DNA of 60,817 nucleotides, counting the filler, from Sphacelaria rigidula (taxonomy: Eukaryota), in assembly GCA_964200075.2 (NCBI GenBank). It is 9 parts of 9 records of this genome, joined end to end, with 100 filler letters (N's around TTAATTAATTAA, not from the genome) between each part and the next. Parts side by side here need not be neighbours in the genome. Positions count along the whole stretch, not along the records: positions 1 to 6,669 come from CAXNAA020018732.1; positions 6,770 to 13,438 come from CAXNAA020018733.1; 7 more parts are not named here. One strand, written 5' to 3'. How positions within the stretch are numbered: the first letter of the stretch is position 1; each line of letters starts with the position of its first letter. Below, in pieces: positions 1 to 12,693 of the stretch. Below the pieces are notes generated by a model that saw nothing but the letters and a program-made list of their open reading frames with translations, was not told where the DNA came from and ran no database searches. A program made the position numbers and the translations under genes.

Positions 1-729
1 CATCGCCTCCGTGCACTTTTTTGGCCGGTTCGGGGGGGGGGCTATCTCGGCAGAAGTCTTCATACGCACTGCTTTCTAATAGGAACGTCAAGCGATCTAT
101 TTCTGTACAGTTCTGTACTGATTACCGTTAGTCCTCTGGTGATATCGTCATCGACACGCGTGTACACCACAACATTCTTTCGGTACATTTAGCTACTAAA
201 ACTGTTTCACTGCTGCAGAGTTTTGGGGGAAATATGGTTTCGCTTTGTGTAACTGTTTCGCGTCATCCCTGGGAATATATATATATATATATATATATGC
301 CACTTGAACCTCATTCTAGAGAGAGATCAACCCCGTTTTCCAGGATCCACTGTTGTTGCATCCACGATTTCTTCGGCCTGATTGCTCGAAAGAGAGGGAA
401 AAATTGACTGCTGGTGAGAAAGGTCTCCACGCATTTTTTGCGCCATTCCACGTGCGTGCCTGGGCTGCGCATAGTACCTGGGTTCCAACGCTGAAAGCGA
501 AACTTAAGGATCGATTCGCGCGGTCGGAATCAATGATGATTGAAATAGAGTAATTTCAAGTCTAAACATAAATTCGTCCAACCCTTCACATGAATCGCCT
601 AAGAAAAAATTAGAGGTCTATCTATCTGCGCCATACCAGCTTCCGGGGCCCCAGCGTGAAGACTCCCAGAAGCTAGTGGAAATTGCTTCTAAAAGGAGAA
701 AGTCAAATTTGACTCGCGTCCCGAGTTAG

Positions 730-1315
730 TTACGAGCTGGGCCAGCCTAGAAACGGATTTAAGCTCTCAAAGCAATATCTCATCGACACAAACGAGTTGG
801 GCCATGATCCGCACATCGTATGAATCGTCTAATTAAAGGGAAGGTGCCTATCTGCTCAAAGTGTGGGCCAATATTTTACCGTTGATTAAATCTCATGTCT
901 AGTAATTCCTACTATACCTGACGAACGGAGATAGCGTTCACACTATAATATATATGAAACCCCGATCGATGCGTTCAGCGGACGACGACGATTTTTGTTG
1001 TGGACATTCCATGGAGCACGGGGAGACGGTAGATACCCTCACCTCCACCTAATTCGTTACCTATGTCGAGGTATTGCGCACATAATTGTTTATTCTAAAA
1101 TCAGTATATTGCGAGCAGATGCACTACGAAGATGGACTGAACCTGGATATATCGCGTCTCAGTTTTTGAGAGTTATTATGCTATATATTTGTTTTTAGTA
1201 TGCCCTACTCATTGTCCATATCAAATTTCAAGACCCAACTTTGAATATTGGCCGGTTGATAGGCCTGCAAACTACAAATTCGCTTCTCGGCTGGCCCCGC
1301 TGGCCCAGCTCGTAA
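730..1315. repeat. Diverged interspersed repeat with a 17-bp inverted repeat; homologous to ~25690-26020
   Basis: TTACGAGCTGGGCCAGC (730-746) is the exact reverse complement of 1299-1315; internal blocks (CCTAGAAACGGATT, GTGGACATTCC.TGGAGCACGGG, CCTAATTCGTTA) recur colinearly on contig 4. Confidence 0.6.
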
Positions 1316-1886
1316 TCCCAGGGACATTTGACATTTGTAGTACAAAATTTCAGTTTCGTTGCGTAACTCGAAAAGCTCATTCCGAACGGTCGACTTCAAA
1401 ACTCAAGTGCGTAAGAACAACGTCGGTGGCAGACTATAATCAAGTAATTAGGGGGTTTCGCGTACATATATATTATGTAAAATCCAACGATGGATGAAAA
1501 CGGATGGAAAATAAAGTCCGTGAACAATAACGGCCCTCCGTTGGGTCTGGTCTCGCTGACGGACTAATCCCACACAGCAACAGCGCAGAGGACAATTCAT
1601 ATCAGTCCCGCATGTTAGACCTGACGAATACGTGCAGCTCAACATCCTGTGCCTATACAGCATACATCATAGCTGCGGCACTCTATTTACAGGACTGTGT
1701 AGTGGCTCTCTGTGCCACCCTTGCCTGCGTGCTACTGACTGTATACTGCACGGTACTGCAGTGGAGGCGTAGTTCCCAAATTCAGAGAAATGCATGTACT
1801 GTCACCTACTGTACATTTAACGTCATCCGATCTGCTGCGTAGCCGTAGCAGTTATTAGCTGTCACTCTCACAACGCATTATATCCT

Positions 1887-2182
1887 ATGCCGGCTCCAAC
1901 ACCGCAAGTGACTGAACGTCAGCAGCAGGATGCTACAGTTACTGCTGATTTCACCAATGGCTTACGAGACAAAGAGGGAAGAGTTGAGGAGGAGGAGGAG
2001 GAGGAGGAGGAGGAGGAGGAAAAGGAGCCGCCGTGTCCCATGGAATCAGCCATACAGCGTGGATTTCCCGTGGGCTGGCTATCATCCTCGACAATCTCCT
2101 GGGCAAAACCGTTTATGAAGCTCGGGGCTTCACGGCCCTTGACTGAAAAGGATTTGCTGGGCGTTAGCAGGAACCAGAAGAG
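1887..2182 (+). CDS. First coding exon of an ABCC/MRP-type ABC transporter (N-terminal lasso/L0 motif)
   Basis: ATG at 1887; poly-Glu from (GAG)n, then CPMESA..GWLSSSTISWAKPFMKLGASRPLTEKDLLGV, which matches the ABCC lasso pattern P.e.A..lS.ltfsW..PlmklG..rpL.e.DL; candidate donor AG|GTCAGG at 2183; later exons not identified on this contig. Confidence 0.7.
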
Positions 2183-4166
2183 GTCAGGGGTGGCTGCACC
2201 TGTAATGCGCGAGAAATGATGATTTTCGGCGTGTTCATGTCTTGCTCATTGTCATGCTCAATCGTGCCGCTTGTGTCGCGTGTTTAACAGTAGACCGACA
2301 GCCCAGGAGGAGAGTACGCCACCGCTCCGTTGTGCAGTGTGGTACTCTGGAAAAGAGTTGGTGCGCCTGTGTTTTGATGCGTAGCCCCTACTGTCTTGTG
2401 GATATTGTTGTACGAGTATGGATGATCATCAAGCAAGCCTCGGGTCTCAATTCGTGGGGCACACTCATTTCAAGGTGTACCACTGACTGCGCCATCTCAT
2501 TACATTACGATTGATATGCAGTCGGTGAAGAGTACAATGTAACGTGAGGAGTGATCTGGCCCGAAAAAGTCATCTGGACGGCCTGATCACCCTCGTCAGA
2601 TAGAATGCTCGAGCACATGAATATTTGTTAACGAGGCACGACCTGGTCACATCACCGGGACTGAGATGACCTTGGGTTATTGTTCAGAAATCTTCCTGGC
2701 TAGAGATATTACGTTACCTTCGGTCACCCTAGATCTCGAGCGCGGTGGGCAATAAGAGGCGTTTGTCCGATCCTGCTGTACTGGCTGGCGGTTACAGCCT
2801 GGAATCTTATGCCGGCGTGACGGCGCCATTTGGATGCCCAGCCCAATGTACGGCGAGCAGGGAGCTCAACTCGCGCAAACCACAAAGTGTCATCTTGCCC
2901 AGAACGGCATCACGGCTTTTCCTTCCTCCAATGATCGGCGGAGCTGCGTGCCATGTCACGTTTCGGACTGTCTGCACGATGCAACACTGTGTTTATTCAT
3001 GCCGGCTATTGTTCTGTGGGGACAAGTCAAACCGGGAATGAAGCATAGCTGTTGGCTTCTATCGACGAATTAATCGAAAGGTGACAGTTCTAGTCATGGT
3101 GAATTCGGCCACAGCAGCTTCATCGCTCTTGCCGTGCATTCGAACAGGAGAAGTGAGAACAAAATTATGATATTGATGACAAACAGGCGGGTTCAGGGAG
3201 ACCGACCAGGCTCCCCAGCGATTGCTCACGCCGTTTTTTCGAGTTATAGTCCCTGAAATTTTGCACGCGCGAGCTTTGAGATGATAATGATCGGGAAGAA
3301 GAGCTGTATGAATGGGGTCTTTCGATTTCCCCCCCGCCCACACATCGCCTCCTGGGACCTCGGACACCCGTCGGAGAAAAAATCGAAAGACTCCGTTCAC
3401 AGCACATTTTCTATGTGAACCAAAGGTTATGACTCTAGCAGCTAGATCCATACCCTCTGATGTGAACCGATCTGTATTTGTGCAAATATGCGGATTTCAG
3501 TCCGTCTACAGGCGGTTTTCTCCCGGGGTTTGATTTTTCGGACCGCTGTCCTTTGGGCGATGTTTTCTGGCTATTTATTGCTGTGATAATGTTATGGCTC
3601 ACAGATTTTTGGCCCACGGTTTGTTCACTTCCGGACGTTTGATCCCCTTTTTGACCTCCAAACAGGAAAAATCGCCAACACACGTCTTGGACACTTTGCA
3701 TCACCCCACAGAGAGGAGCCTAGTCTGCTTTTCAACCGCCAGTTTTCCCGATAATCTGTGAAGATCGCCGTAGATTTTGTTGCACACGGAATTTTGTTCA
3801 GGGGCCGCTCTCGAAACCTTGGAGCCAAGCGAATCTAAAAAGTGGGCTAGGCTCCTCTCTGTGTGGTGTTGCAAAGTGTCCAATACGTGTGTTGACGATT
3901 TTTCCTGTTCGGGGGCCAACAAGTGGCTCAAACGCCATAAGAGTGAACAATCCGTGGGCCAACTATCCGTGTCCATAACATCCGGCCTCATCACAGCGAG
4001 AAAACCAGATCAATTCTTCTGCGATTATCTCGACGTTGACTGTTTTGGTATTATACAACATCACCTTCCTGCTCAGATCGGTACACTCCCGCATCTACCC
4101 CGATTTGGGCCCCATTCATACACCATTTCCAAACATCTCAGAGGACCCATATATATGCAAAATTTC

Positions 4167-4605
4167 CAGGGAGGGATACGTGTCACACGTAACACATTTG
4201 AAAAGAACGGAAAATACGTAACTTCGGGCCATTTAACGCCACGTGAGGTTTGATTTTTTGGACGGGACAAATGCCACGTAGCGTGATGTAACATGTGAAC
4301 CTTGAAGCAGTGTCTCTTGGTGTTTTCCAGATGTAAAAAGACTGTTTTTGTGAATTTTGAACGTGACACGTGACACGTGACACGTGACACGTTACATATT
4401 TACGAAAACAAGCAGAGTTTTCGTCACATTTGGAAATTAAAACTCAATGTTAGGGTTCATGCTAAGGACCACACGTTACATCGCACTTCACGTTACATAT
4501 GTCCCATCCAGAAAATTAAATCTCACGTAGCGTGAAGTGACCCAAAGTTACGTGCTTTCGAATGTGTCACGTTTAAACGTCACGTGTGTCACGTATCCCT
4601 CCCTG
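4167..4605. mobile_element. hAT-type MITE with long imperfect inverted arms
   Basis: Termini CAGGGAGGGATACGTG...CACGTATCCCTCCCTG; perfect 8-bp TSD AAAATTTC (4159-4166 and 4606-4613). Confidence 0.9.
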
Positions 4606-5955
4606 AAAATTTCGAGGTCTGAAAACTAAAAAAAAAGGCGTGAGCAATCGCCAGTGTGTGCGTTAGTGTACACTACGGTACTAATAATAGTGCATGAGGG
4701 CCTCCAATTACTTGATTATAGTATATAGTACAGGCTGGTTCACGGAAAAAAACCCGGATTCTGTCATCAGCAAATAATAATGCTTTCTGCAATACGCACC
4801 CAATAGTCGCATACATGGTATCATACTCACCGCAATGAACAGACGAAGAGGGTGACATAGCGGGATTTTTGAAAAAGGCTATAGCGGTGGCGCTATGGAC
4901 AAAACTGTGTCTCGACCAATCAGCGCCTTTCAAACTGCTCCGAAATTGAAAATACCAATTCCAAGCCCGATTTCCACCGAATCTCCACATGCTTTAAATC
5001 GCAGTGACCGTCATCACCTCAAGAATCTAACGGGAGAATAGGATTTGAAAACGGTTCCAACGGGGTCGAATAATACTCGAAACCCTAATGTTTCGGTGAT
5101 GTGGAGTTTGGCGTCGTCTAATTTCCACTCAGGATAATACGTAGGAAAGACCCAGGGAGCCTCGTGACGCTTTCCCTTACGTGACTCTTTCCCTTATATC
5201 TATTGTAAAACTCAGATCACCCTCAAACTTGGCAGTTCCGTAAGTATTGATGCTCCGAATGAAAAAATAATGTTTTCTTGGCAAGGGCTCGAAGTTTCTC
5301 CGTTCTCTATCGGCTTCCGGGGGTCCCAGTACAAAGATCCCCGAAAGGCGCTACAGAATGACTCAAAAGCAAAAATAATAACATGATGCGTCCCAGGATG
5401 GTCCAAGGAACACATGTACATCCTTTGCTAAAGAAACTCGAAAATCTCATACACTTTTTCCTGCCTTGACGTAAAATTTACCCTAAAATATGTTTTTATA
5501 CTCAAACCAAGTAGTTAGGAGTTTGCACGTTTTCAGCTCACATCCTCGCACAAACGCGCAAATCTTCACGCATTTATCAGGAGTTAGACCCCGAAACCCA
5601 GCGCAATTGTGCTATGAATCATTACGCGAGTTTAAATCAACGAGTTTTTTTTTAATTCTTGAAATTTTCACCGTTTTTCGGGGGTCCGACGGGATCCAAC
5701 TCGTTCTTTCGAAGTAATCCATTCTGGGACCCCGGAAAACCGGCACTAAAGTTTTTTTTTTTCAATTTTTTCCCGAACGCTTTGCCGCTGCAAAACCCAA
5801 GGAAGAACCCCACAAAGTTTCGTGGCCAAACTCGATTAAGTGGTGCTTGAATTTTCATGTTCACATCGAAAAAGGCCCAAACACGCCATTTTCATACCAA
5901 AATCTAGTAGTTCGCCGTTTCACCGTGGCACGGCAAGGTTCATCGCACAAACGCG

Positions 5956-6232
5956 AAAACCTTCACGCCGTTTTAAGGAGTCAGACTCTGAAATTGTGCA
6001 CAGGTGTGCTATGGGTCACTACGCAACTTTGTATGGACGTTTTTTTTGTTTTGTTACCGTTTTACGGGGGTCCGACTGGATCGAAGTTTTCCCGAAAAAA
6101 CTGGGACCCCGGGAGAACGGTGAAAAAAATAAAAAGTGAAAAAAAACCTCGTCCATGCAAAATTGCGTAATGACCCATAGAACACCTGTGCAAAATTTCA
6201 GGGTCTAACTCCTGAAAACGGCGTGAAGTTTT
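5956..6232. repeat. Fold-back segment (~83-bp imperfect inverted arms) of an unclassified non-autonomous DNA element
   Basis: 5956-6038 is approximately the reverse complement of 6151-6232; related CACGCCGTTTT/CTGAAATTTTGCAC and GGGGTCCGAC..CTGGGACCCCGG motifs recur near 3227 and 5680. Confidence 0.6.
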
Positions 6233-6669
6233 GCCAATGAGTGTTTTGCGTTTTTTCCCCGTGAACCAGCCTGTTCATTATCGACGTTTTTCTTGTGGGC
6301 TCGAACTTGAATCGACCGTTGGGGATAAGCTTTTCGAGCCCCATTATTGTCGCTCAGTCGTGCTTGCATTTGACTTTGTATCTTGGCTGCGTCCTACACA
6401 CTGAGTCTCCCAACTGACTCACCCACACCGCCACAGCACATATGTACATATATATATATATATGTATGTGTGTTCCAAAGTGGTATGACTCACCCACACG
6501 GTATCAGCACTTGTACAAAATTTCGCAGACAACGAATTTTCGTACAAGTCTTCCTCGGACTGCCTCGGGACGAGTCAAAATTGAAAATTATTATAAAGAA
6601 ATCTCTACCGGCTCCAAACAGCCAATCATCTATGTTGAGGATGGTGCTTTTCATTGAGGATGAGAACCC

Positions 6670-6769
6670 NNNNNNNNNNNNNNNNNNNNNNNNNNNNNNN
6701 NNNNNNNNNNNNNTTAATTAATTAANNNNNNNNNNNNNNNNNNNNNNNNNNNNNNNNNNNNNNNNNNNN
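6670..6769. other. Artificial contig linker (N44-TTAATTAATTAA-N44)
   Basis: 100-nt spacer with stop codons in all six frames; identical at all eight junctions. Confidence 0.98.
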
Positions 6770-7113
6770 TGGGCTTTTTTTTTCCACGAAACTCTACTTG
6801 AAAACGTAGTGAATGGCAGCAACGGTTGCTAAAACGCCCTTGCTTCCGATGAATAACACTCATATATACTCCTTGGCACCGCTTTTACCCAAGTACAAGC
6901 GCACCGCGAGTGTGTTGGGTCGTCTGAAGCATTTATGAGCCCATTTTTTCGTGGAATCAAACACCAGCAGAATATTGAAGATTCCCAAACATTTCACCAT
7001 CGCACGAGGGGAGTTCATCCCTCCATCCGACACGAGAGGTAACTGCACCATTCTTGCTTTTGGTATGGATTGGCCGGGACACTTAGTAGACACGTAGACG
7101 GCTTCATTTTTTC

Positions 7114-7527
7114 CAGGGAGGAAAACGTGACATACGTGACACATTTGAAAAACACCGAAAAAACGTAACTTTGGGCCATTGAACGCTACGTAAGGTTTGA
7201 TTTTTTGGATGGGACAAATGTAACATAACGTGATGTAACGTGTGGTCCTTCGAATGAACCTTAACGTAGCGTTTTACTTTCCAAATGTGACGAAAACAAG
7301 GAGAGGTTTCGTGAATGAATTTTACACACGGAAACTCTGCTTGTTTTCGTCACATTTGGAAAGTAAAACGCTACGTTAAGGTTCATTCGGAGGACCACAC
7401 GTTACATCACATTACGTTACATTTGTCCCATCCAAGAAATCAAACCTTACGCAGCGTTAAATGGCCCAAAGTGACGTTTTTTCGAATGTGTCACGTTAAA
7501 GCGTTACGTGTCACGTATCCCTCCCTG
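7114..7527. mobile_element. hAT-type MITE, second copy of the 4167-4605 family
   Basis: CAGGGAGG...ATCCCTCCCTG termini; almost fully palindromic; TSD ATTTTTTC / ATTTTTTTC (one-T slip). Confidence 0.88.
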
Positions 7528-7579
7528 ATTTTTTTCCTATTTGCAGATAAGCCTTTCTGCGCTCTCCTTGCTTCTTTAT

Positions 7580-7960
7580 GTTTCCCCTCTGTCGGAAGGC
7601 AATAGAGAGCAGAAGCCATACACTGGTAGAATGTGAACTATACAAGAAGGAACGAAACGTGCTAGAGGGGGAAATGCGGGACGTGAACAAAGATGGCATG
7701 AAATCGTTTGATGCATCAGACAGTAGGGAAAAAACGACGGCTATACTAGGAGATAGATGGTGGCCACAGACGGCGAAACAGGACGGGGATAAGATATGCA
7801 AAAGGTCCTCGTGTAATATTATATGGAAGACACGTAATGAGCACCCGAATGTAGAAGGTGTCTTTATCATATTAGGAGTAGGAATGGTGCTCCGTCTCGA
7901 AAGGGGTGCGTGGTCAATGGTCAAACGACCAAGCTGAGCAACAACTGAGTACGCCTCCTC
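7580..7960 (+). mobile_element. 5'-truncated LINE 3' end (C-terminal Cys/His knuckle plus 3' tail, family A)
   Basis: C..AIESRSHTLVEC knuckle-like motif followed by ILGDRWWPQ...IWKTRNE; ends GAGTACGCC like the short copies at 13539 and 59497. Confidence 0.7.
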
Positions 7961-8024
7961 AATCGAGTTTCCCTTCTTGCTTCATTTTTTCTTCTCTCGA
8001 TTTTTTCCGCCGCGACATTTGTCA

Positions 8025-8295
8025 TGTCTAACAGTGGAAAGCGACCATGACTTCACGGTCGACGAGGAAAGCAGACCGCTGAGCCCTTCTCGCGACAAAA
8101 AGTGAAGGTGGGCACGCACCGCAGAAGGAAGGTGGAATGCTAAAACAACATAGCCAATAATAATAAACTCCAGTGTTGATCTTCCTCCTGTGTCACCCCG
8201 GCTGATGCGCCCAGATACACCGGAAGGTTTAGACTGGCATAGTGTCCAGAATAGGTGGGATAAAACAACACAACACACAACACACAACACAAACA
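8025..8295 (+). mobile_element. SINE family 1, 5'-truncated diverged copy
   Basis: Colinear with the body of 11003-11360 (CTTCCTCCTGTG..ACCCCGGCTG, CAGAATAG.TGGGAT); CA-rich tail. Confidence 0.75.
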
Positions 8296-8439
8296 TATTG
8301 CCACGACGGCTAAATTCCTCGCGGGATCAACCAACGTTTTTGGTCACTGTGAGGTCCATCTGTAGTGCAGTCGGCAGTGGGTCTCCTTTCCATTTTTTTT
8401 TCTCCTCTCTCTCTTTCTTATCCTGCCCTTCCTTGTCTT

Positions 8440-8700
8440 CTTTATTTCTGTTTTAACCCCTCTCCTTCATCGGGACGAGTCTGTGCTAGATCATAGCTCT
8501 GATGCTCTCAAGGGATAGATCATAGATCGTGGATCATTAAGCCATCTCTCTCGCGGTATGCTCTACACCCCTCACAATTTGGTATCATCTCCAACAATTG
8601 AAGTGGAATGGATCGGATCGGATCACTCCCGCACCGCGTTGCTCCCTCAGGAAAAAACGTCATTATTCAGCTACTCACGCACGTCCTCACGCCTAAAACG
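8440..8700 (-). mobile_element. SINE family 2, diverged partial copy
   Basis: Shares AACCCCTC.CCTTC.TCGG, CTCAAG.GAT, CACT.CCGCACCGCGT and ACGT.CTCACGC blocks with 41620-41810. Confidence 0.5.
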
Positions 8701-8910
8701 ACAGGAGGAAAAAATGATGAGGTACTTTTCAGCAGCAGAAGGAAAAAACAAAAAAAACACGCATCTGCCGGAATATCAAATAGTCCCAACCTCCACCCAA
8801 TGCCTTGTTTCAGTTCTACCATCAGACTATCGGGGCGCGGCAATCTGTAAGGGGTCAAGGAACCAACCGCACTATAGGGGTACCGTACTATAGAGGGACT
8901 ACACGCTCAC

Positions 8911-9048
8911 CTGAAGGAAATCGGCAGCCTGCTGGTAGGCTTCAACAGCTTGTCGAAACTCTCTATTTTTTTCGTGTAACTCGGCTACTTCTTTGAGAGT
9001 CTTGCCCGCCTGCTGGAATCGCCCCGTTTCGTTATAAATCGCGATCGC
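8911..9048 (-). CDS. SEC17: alpha-SNAP (NSF attachment protein) internal exon
   Basis: tttttccag| AIAIYNETGRFQQAGKTLKEVAELHEKNREFRQAVEAYQQAADFLQ |gtgagc; 138 nt, phase 0-0; matches the alpha-SNAP pattern AIEIY..MGRF..AAK....IAE.YE...AI..Y.QAAD. Confidence 0.88.
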
Positions 9049-11002
9049 CTGGAAAAACACGCACATGTGAACACACAAAAAACATACGAGGAAAGTTTTT
9101 TTTTCACTACTTTTTCAAGGTTGTGCTCCGTAGGGATATATATATATATATATATATATACCGGCTGAAAAAAACCCCGGCTTTTGCACATCAATACGGA
9201 GGAACATTGTTAGTACGACTCGATACATAAACGGGCGTAACTCGAGCGTTTACGGGAGGCGAACTTCAGCTTTGGGCGTAAATCCATGGTTGATTTTTTC
9301 GAACTAATCCTGACACTAACACTAACCCTAACCCCGACCCGAGGCGTACGAGACCCTCGAGCAAGGGGGGTAGCATGGGTTCCGTTAGGCAAAGTGTGCG
9401 CGTTGGTAGACCTCAAATCTACGAAGGCGCCAATTTGGGCAACAAGACGCGCTGGACGAGCTGGGTCTGTTGCTCACCTGCCCCAAACCATAATTTTTCT
9501 CAGAGCTTGACTATTCACTCTAAAATGGAGGAATCATCCTGTCAACCACAGATTTACGCCCAAAGCTACAGCTCTATTGGTTTAGGTAGATGGCTCGGAT
9601 GAACCGCAACGTGCCCGCGATCAACGGCCACGGCAGAAAATAAAAATGCACATAGGAAGTAACGTCCGTTCCGTCAGGTTGTCCGATTGATGTCCCTCCA
9701 ATCCTGGCTACTGCTTTTGTACTACTCCTACTATTAATACCAATGTTCTCCCTTCATGAAAAAAAAAAAAGGTATTTCGTCGGGAAATTCTCTCTCGAAC
9801 CATACCGCAGTTTGGATGTTCGACACATATTTCGGTATGGTTTTCTGTGCCGACCAAAATTCCTCAACTTTTGGGTATACCCCTTCTCGTTCCTCCTACG
9901 GAATACAATCTCGGAAATGCAATGACACATATACAGAGAGGAATGGCGTTATCTTCAATATATGCATAATAAATATATCGAGAGGAGAGGGATGCTACGG
10001 TAGGGGCGCACAAATACTTTCTGACGTTTGAATTGTGAGGAGCCCTTCATCTCATCCGAAACACGACTTATGAATATGTGAGAGTACGCTAGGATTACTA
10101 TTTCAATGTGCTAGGGATGTCCCCGATTGAATTTCCAACCGCGGGTGCCCTGACCTATATTCTTGTGCATCTAGAATCTTCAGGAGCCCCTGAACCAGAC
10201 AAGATTTCGCGCACAAAGTGCACCCCTACCGTAGATTTGCTCAGGAATGGTCTGAAATCTTGAAAAACCTGTAACATGGGAGAGAGAGATACGGGTTAAC
10301 CCCTTTCCACCATGGACTCGTTTCTTGACAGTGTGTTGGAAACAATCAAACAAATAATAACCATCAGTATGGTAAAAAAAAAAAAGGTCTTGGATACGTG
10401 ACATGACACCTGAACTCTTGGAAGCCTACGACGTACAGCTGTAGTTAGGGCGTGTCTTCTTTAGCAGAGTATTTTTCGGTCGAACATGTGCGGTGGAAAA
10501 GGAGAACTTCGATCTGATAGGTCTTTAATTTCAACCATCGTCGTTTATCTTGAAGACGGCTGGAATGACGACCTATCAGATCGAGATTTTTGTTTTTCCC
10601 GCACTTGTTCGATCGAAAAAATGATGTGCCAAGACACGCCCTTATGACCTGAAAATCTGGGATAAAAAGCAAGGACCTGAAGTTGTTCGATACACCCTGA
10701 TGGCCCGAAGGGATTTGATACATACAACAGAGCCCAGATTCCACTTCTTATTTCTTCTCTTCTCTCCTCTCAACCTCCCCCTTTTCTAGGAACGAGGCCG
10801 TGGTCTCAAGAAATAGATAATGAAGCATGACATGTTGCTGTCGCGGATGAATTGGATCATGACAACCAGCACAACACCCCGTCGACTCTTGCAATACAAA
10901 CTCAGTCCACCGAAATATCGTTGGTTCTCACGTACGTCCCCATGCTTTCAATGATGAAAATGAGAAACTTCGAAGAAGAAAACGTATGCATCTAGCTTGC
11001 CG

Positions 11003-11300
11003 GTCGCCCCGGTGGTTCACTTGGTAACCGCGAAACCTTCTGACGGTTGGGTCGTGGGTTCAAATCTCGGAGCGATCTGGGATTTTTTTTCACACAATAA
11101 ATGCCGAACAGTGGAGAGCGACTGCTGAACCCCTTTCGCGATAAAAAAAAATAAAGATAAGCACCGCACAAGGAAGGTGTAGAAGTAAAACAAATAAAGC
11201 AGGAAAAAAAACTCCTGTGTTGGCCTTCCTCCTGTATGACCCCGGCTGGCACGCCCACATATACCGAAGGGTGTGGACCGGCGTTCAGAATAGATGGGAT

Positions 11301-11360
<60 letters not shown>
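11003..11360 (+). mobile_element. tRNA-derived SINE family 1, full length, (CA)n tail
   Basis: Head GTCGCCCCGGTGGTTCACTTGG (A-box-like) and GGTTCAAATC (B-box-like); body shared with four other copies; ends GGGATGA(CA)n; lies in the alpha-SNAP intron. Confidence 0.85.
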
Positions 11361-11361
<1 letters not shown>

Positions 11362-11775
11362 TTGGCAGGGATCGAACCCGCAAAGGTCTCCACCCCAATG
11401 GTATAAGTTGGATCATGACCATTACAACACGCGAACGCGGTGGTATCACTTGTCCTTACTGAATCCACCAAGGTCATGTTATTTAATGGTCATGATCCAA
11501 CTCACACCTAAGTCTGGTGTGGTGAACCAGATCAAAGCGGAGTGTGAACCGAACATTCCGGTATGGTTCGGAAGGGTATTCGTCGATGTAATATGCCGTT
11601 CATACCTCTGTAAATACCCGAGTATCACACGGTATACCCTACAGAACACAACCTTGCAATCGACCGTGTACCTCAATCTTTACTTCAGGATCCCCTTGCC
11701 ATTATCCATTCTTCTGAAACATCTATTTCCATGCCTCGACGCACAAGTCCCAGTCTTCCCATGTTGCGGGCGCAC

Positions 11776-12003
11776 TGTGTGTGTATTATCGTCCAATCTA
11801 TTATGAACGCCGGTCTACACCTTTGGGTATATGTGGGCACACCAGTCGGGGTCGCACAGGAGGAAGGTCAACACAGGAGTTCCTTTTTTTTTTTGCTTGT
11901 TTTCAGTACTCCATCTTCCTTATGCGGTGCTTGCTTTTATTTTTTATCGCGAGAGGGGTATAGCAGTCCCTTTCCCTCGTCGACCGTTCAGTCGACTTTT
12001 TTG
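11776..12003 (-). mobile_element. SINE family 1, 5'-truncated copy in inverted orientation
   Basis: Reverse complement of the SINE1 3' body (CAGGAGGAAGGTCAACACAGGAG; GCGGTGCTTG; TTTATCGCGA). Confidence 0.8.
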
Positions 12004-12417
12004 CGCACTACGGTGAGGAAGGCGTATCGCTATAGTAGACAGAGACCTACGGGGGAGACCGCCGTCCTGATGCCGAAGGAACTTCGAGGCTGGCGAAAAT
12101 TTTCCCCTTGTATATATTTAGGCAAGAAGGGGGTCAGACGAGAAGTGGTCGCCAGGGGATGTTGGACCGTCCTAATATTAGGCTCTTCCTGGCATAACCC
12201 CGAGTTGTCTAGTTTCGTTGGCATTACAGGGTCCTCGGTAATCTGGTCCTTCTGGACCGTTCCTACCTTGTCCCTGCTTGCGCTGGTTCTTCATACATGT
12301 GTGGCATCAGTCTCTGATATGTCACTGCAAATAGGTGTCTGCTACATACACTTTAACTTTTTTCATCGTGACCATCATTACCGCCATCATCAGCAGCAAC
12401 ACAGAGCATCAACTCAC

Positions 12418-12579
12418 CCGGCCGTAAGCCTCCACAGCTAAGTCCAAGTCACCGTTGCTTTTGCGGCACTTGGCCACCTCCACGTGGGCAGAAGAAGCGT
12501 CGTGGTTTCTCTTGGCCAACTCGAACTGTTGCGCTGCTTTTTCATACGAGTCTGCCGCCTCATCCCACATTTTGGCAAC
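12418..12579 (-). CDS. SEC17: alpha-SNAP internal exon, upstream of 8911-9048
   Basis: atgcag| VAKMWDEAADSYEKAAQQFELAKRNHDASSAHVEVAKCRKSNGDLDLAVEAYGR |gtgagt; 162 nt, phase 0-0; matches AK.W..Ag.af..AA......skHdAa..yv.A..c.K and joins the next exon in frame. Confidence 0.85.
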
Positions 12580-12693
12580 CTGCATCGGTCATCATCCATT
12601 CCAGTATCACAAACACTAAAACGATTCATATGCACAGCACCAAAACTCGAAGCCTCGCCTGTACAGTCCTTCACACTAATTACAAGAAAAAAA

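Noticed and set aside
2538..2797. Solo LTR (TGTAAC...GTTACA)
   Set aside because: No target-site duplication and no second copy in the window
9303..9340. Telomere (CCCTAA-like)
   Set aside because: Only a few degenerate units, internal to an intron; likely part of an interspersed repeat
11003..11075. tRNA genes at the SINE heads (also 16414, 40773, 41917, 46395)
   Set aside because: A/B boxes are present, but there is no complete acceptor stem and each continues into a non-tRNA body
11731..12441. 236-aa ORF and other SINE- or microsatellite-derived ORFs (10992-11477, 16814-17214)
   Set aside because: They run through SINE copies or simple repeats; not credible genes
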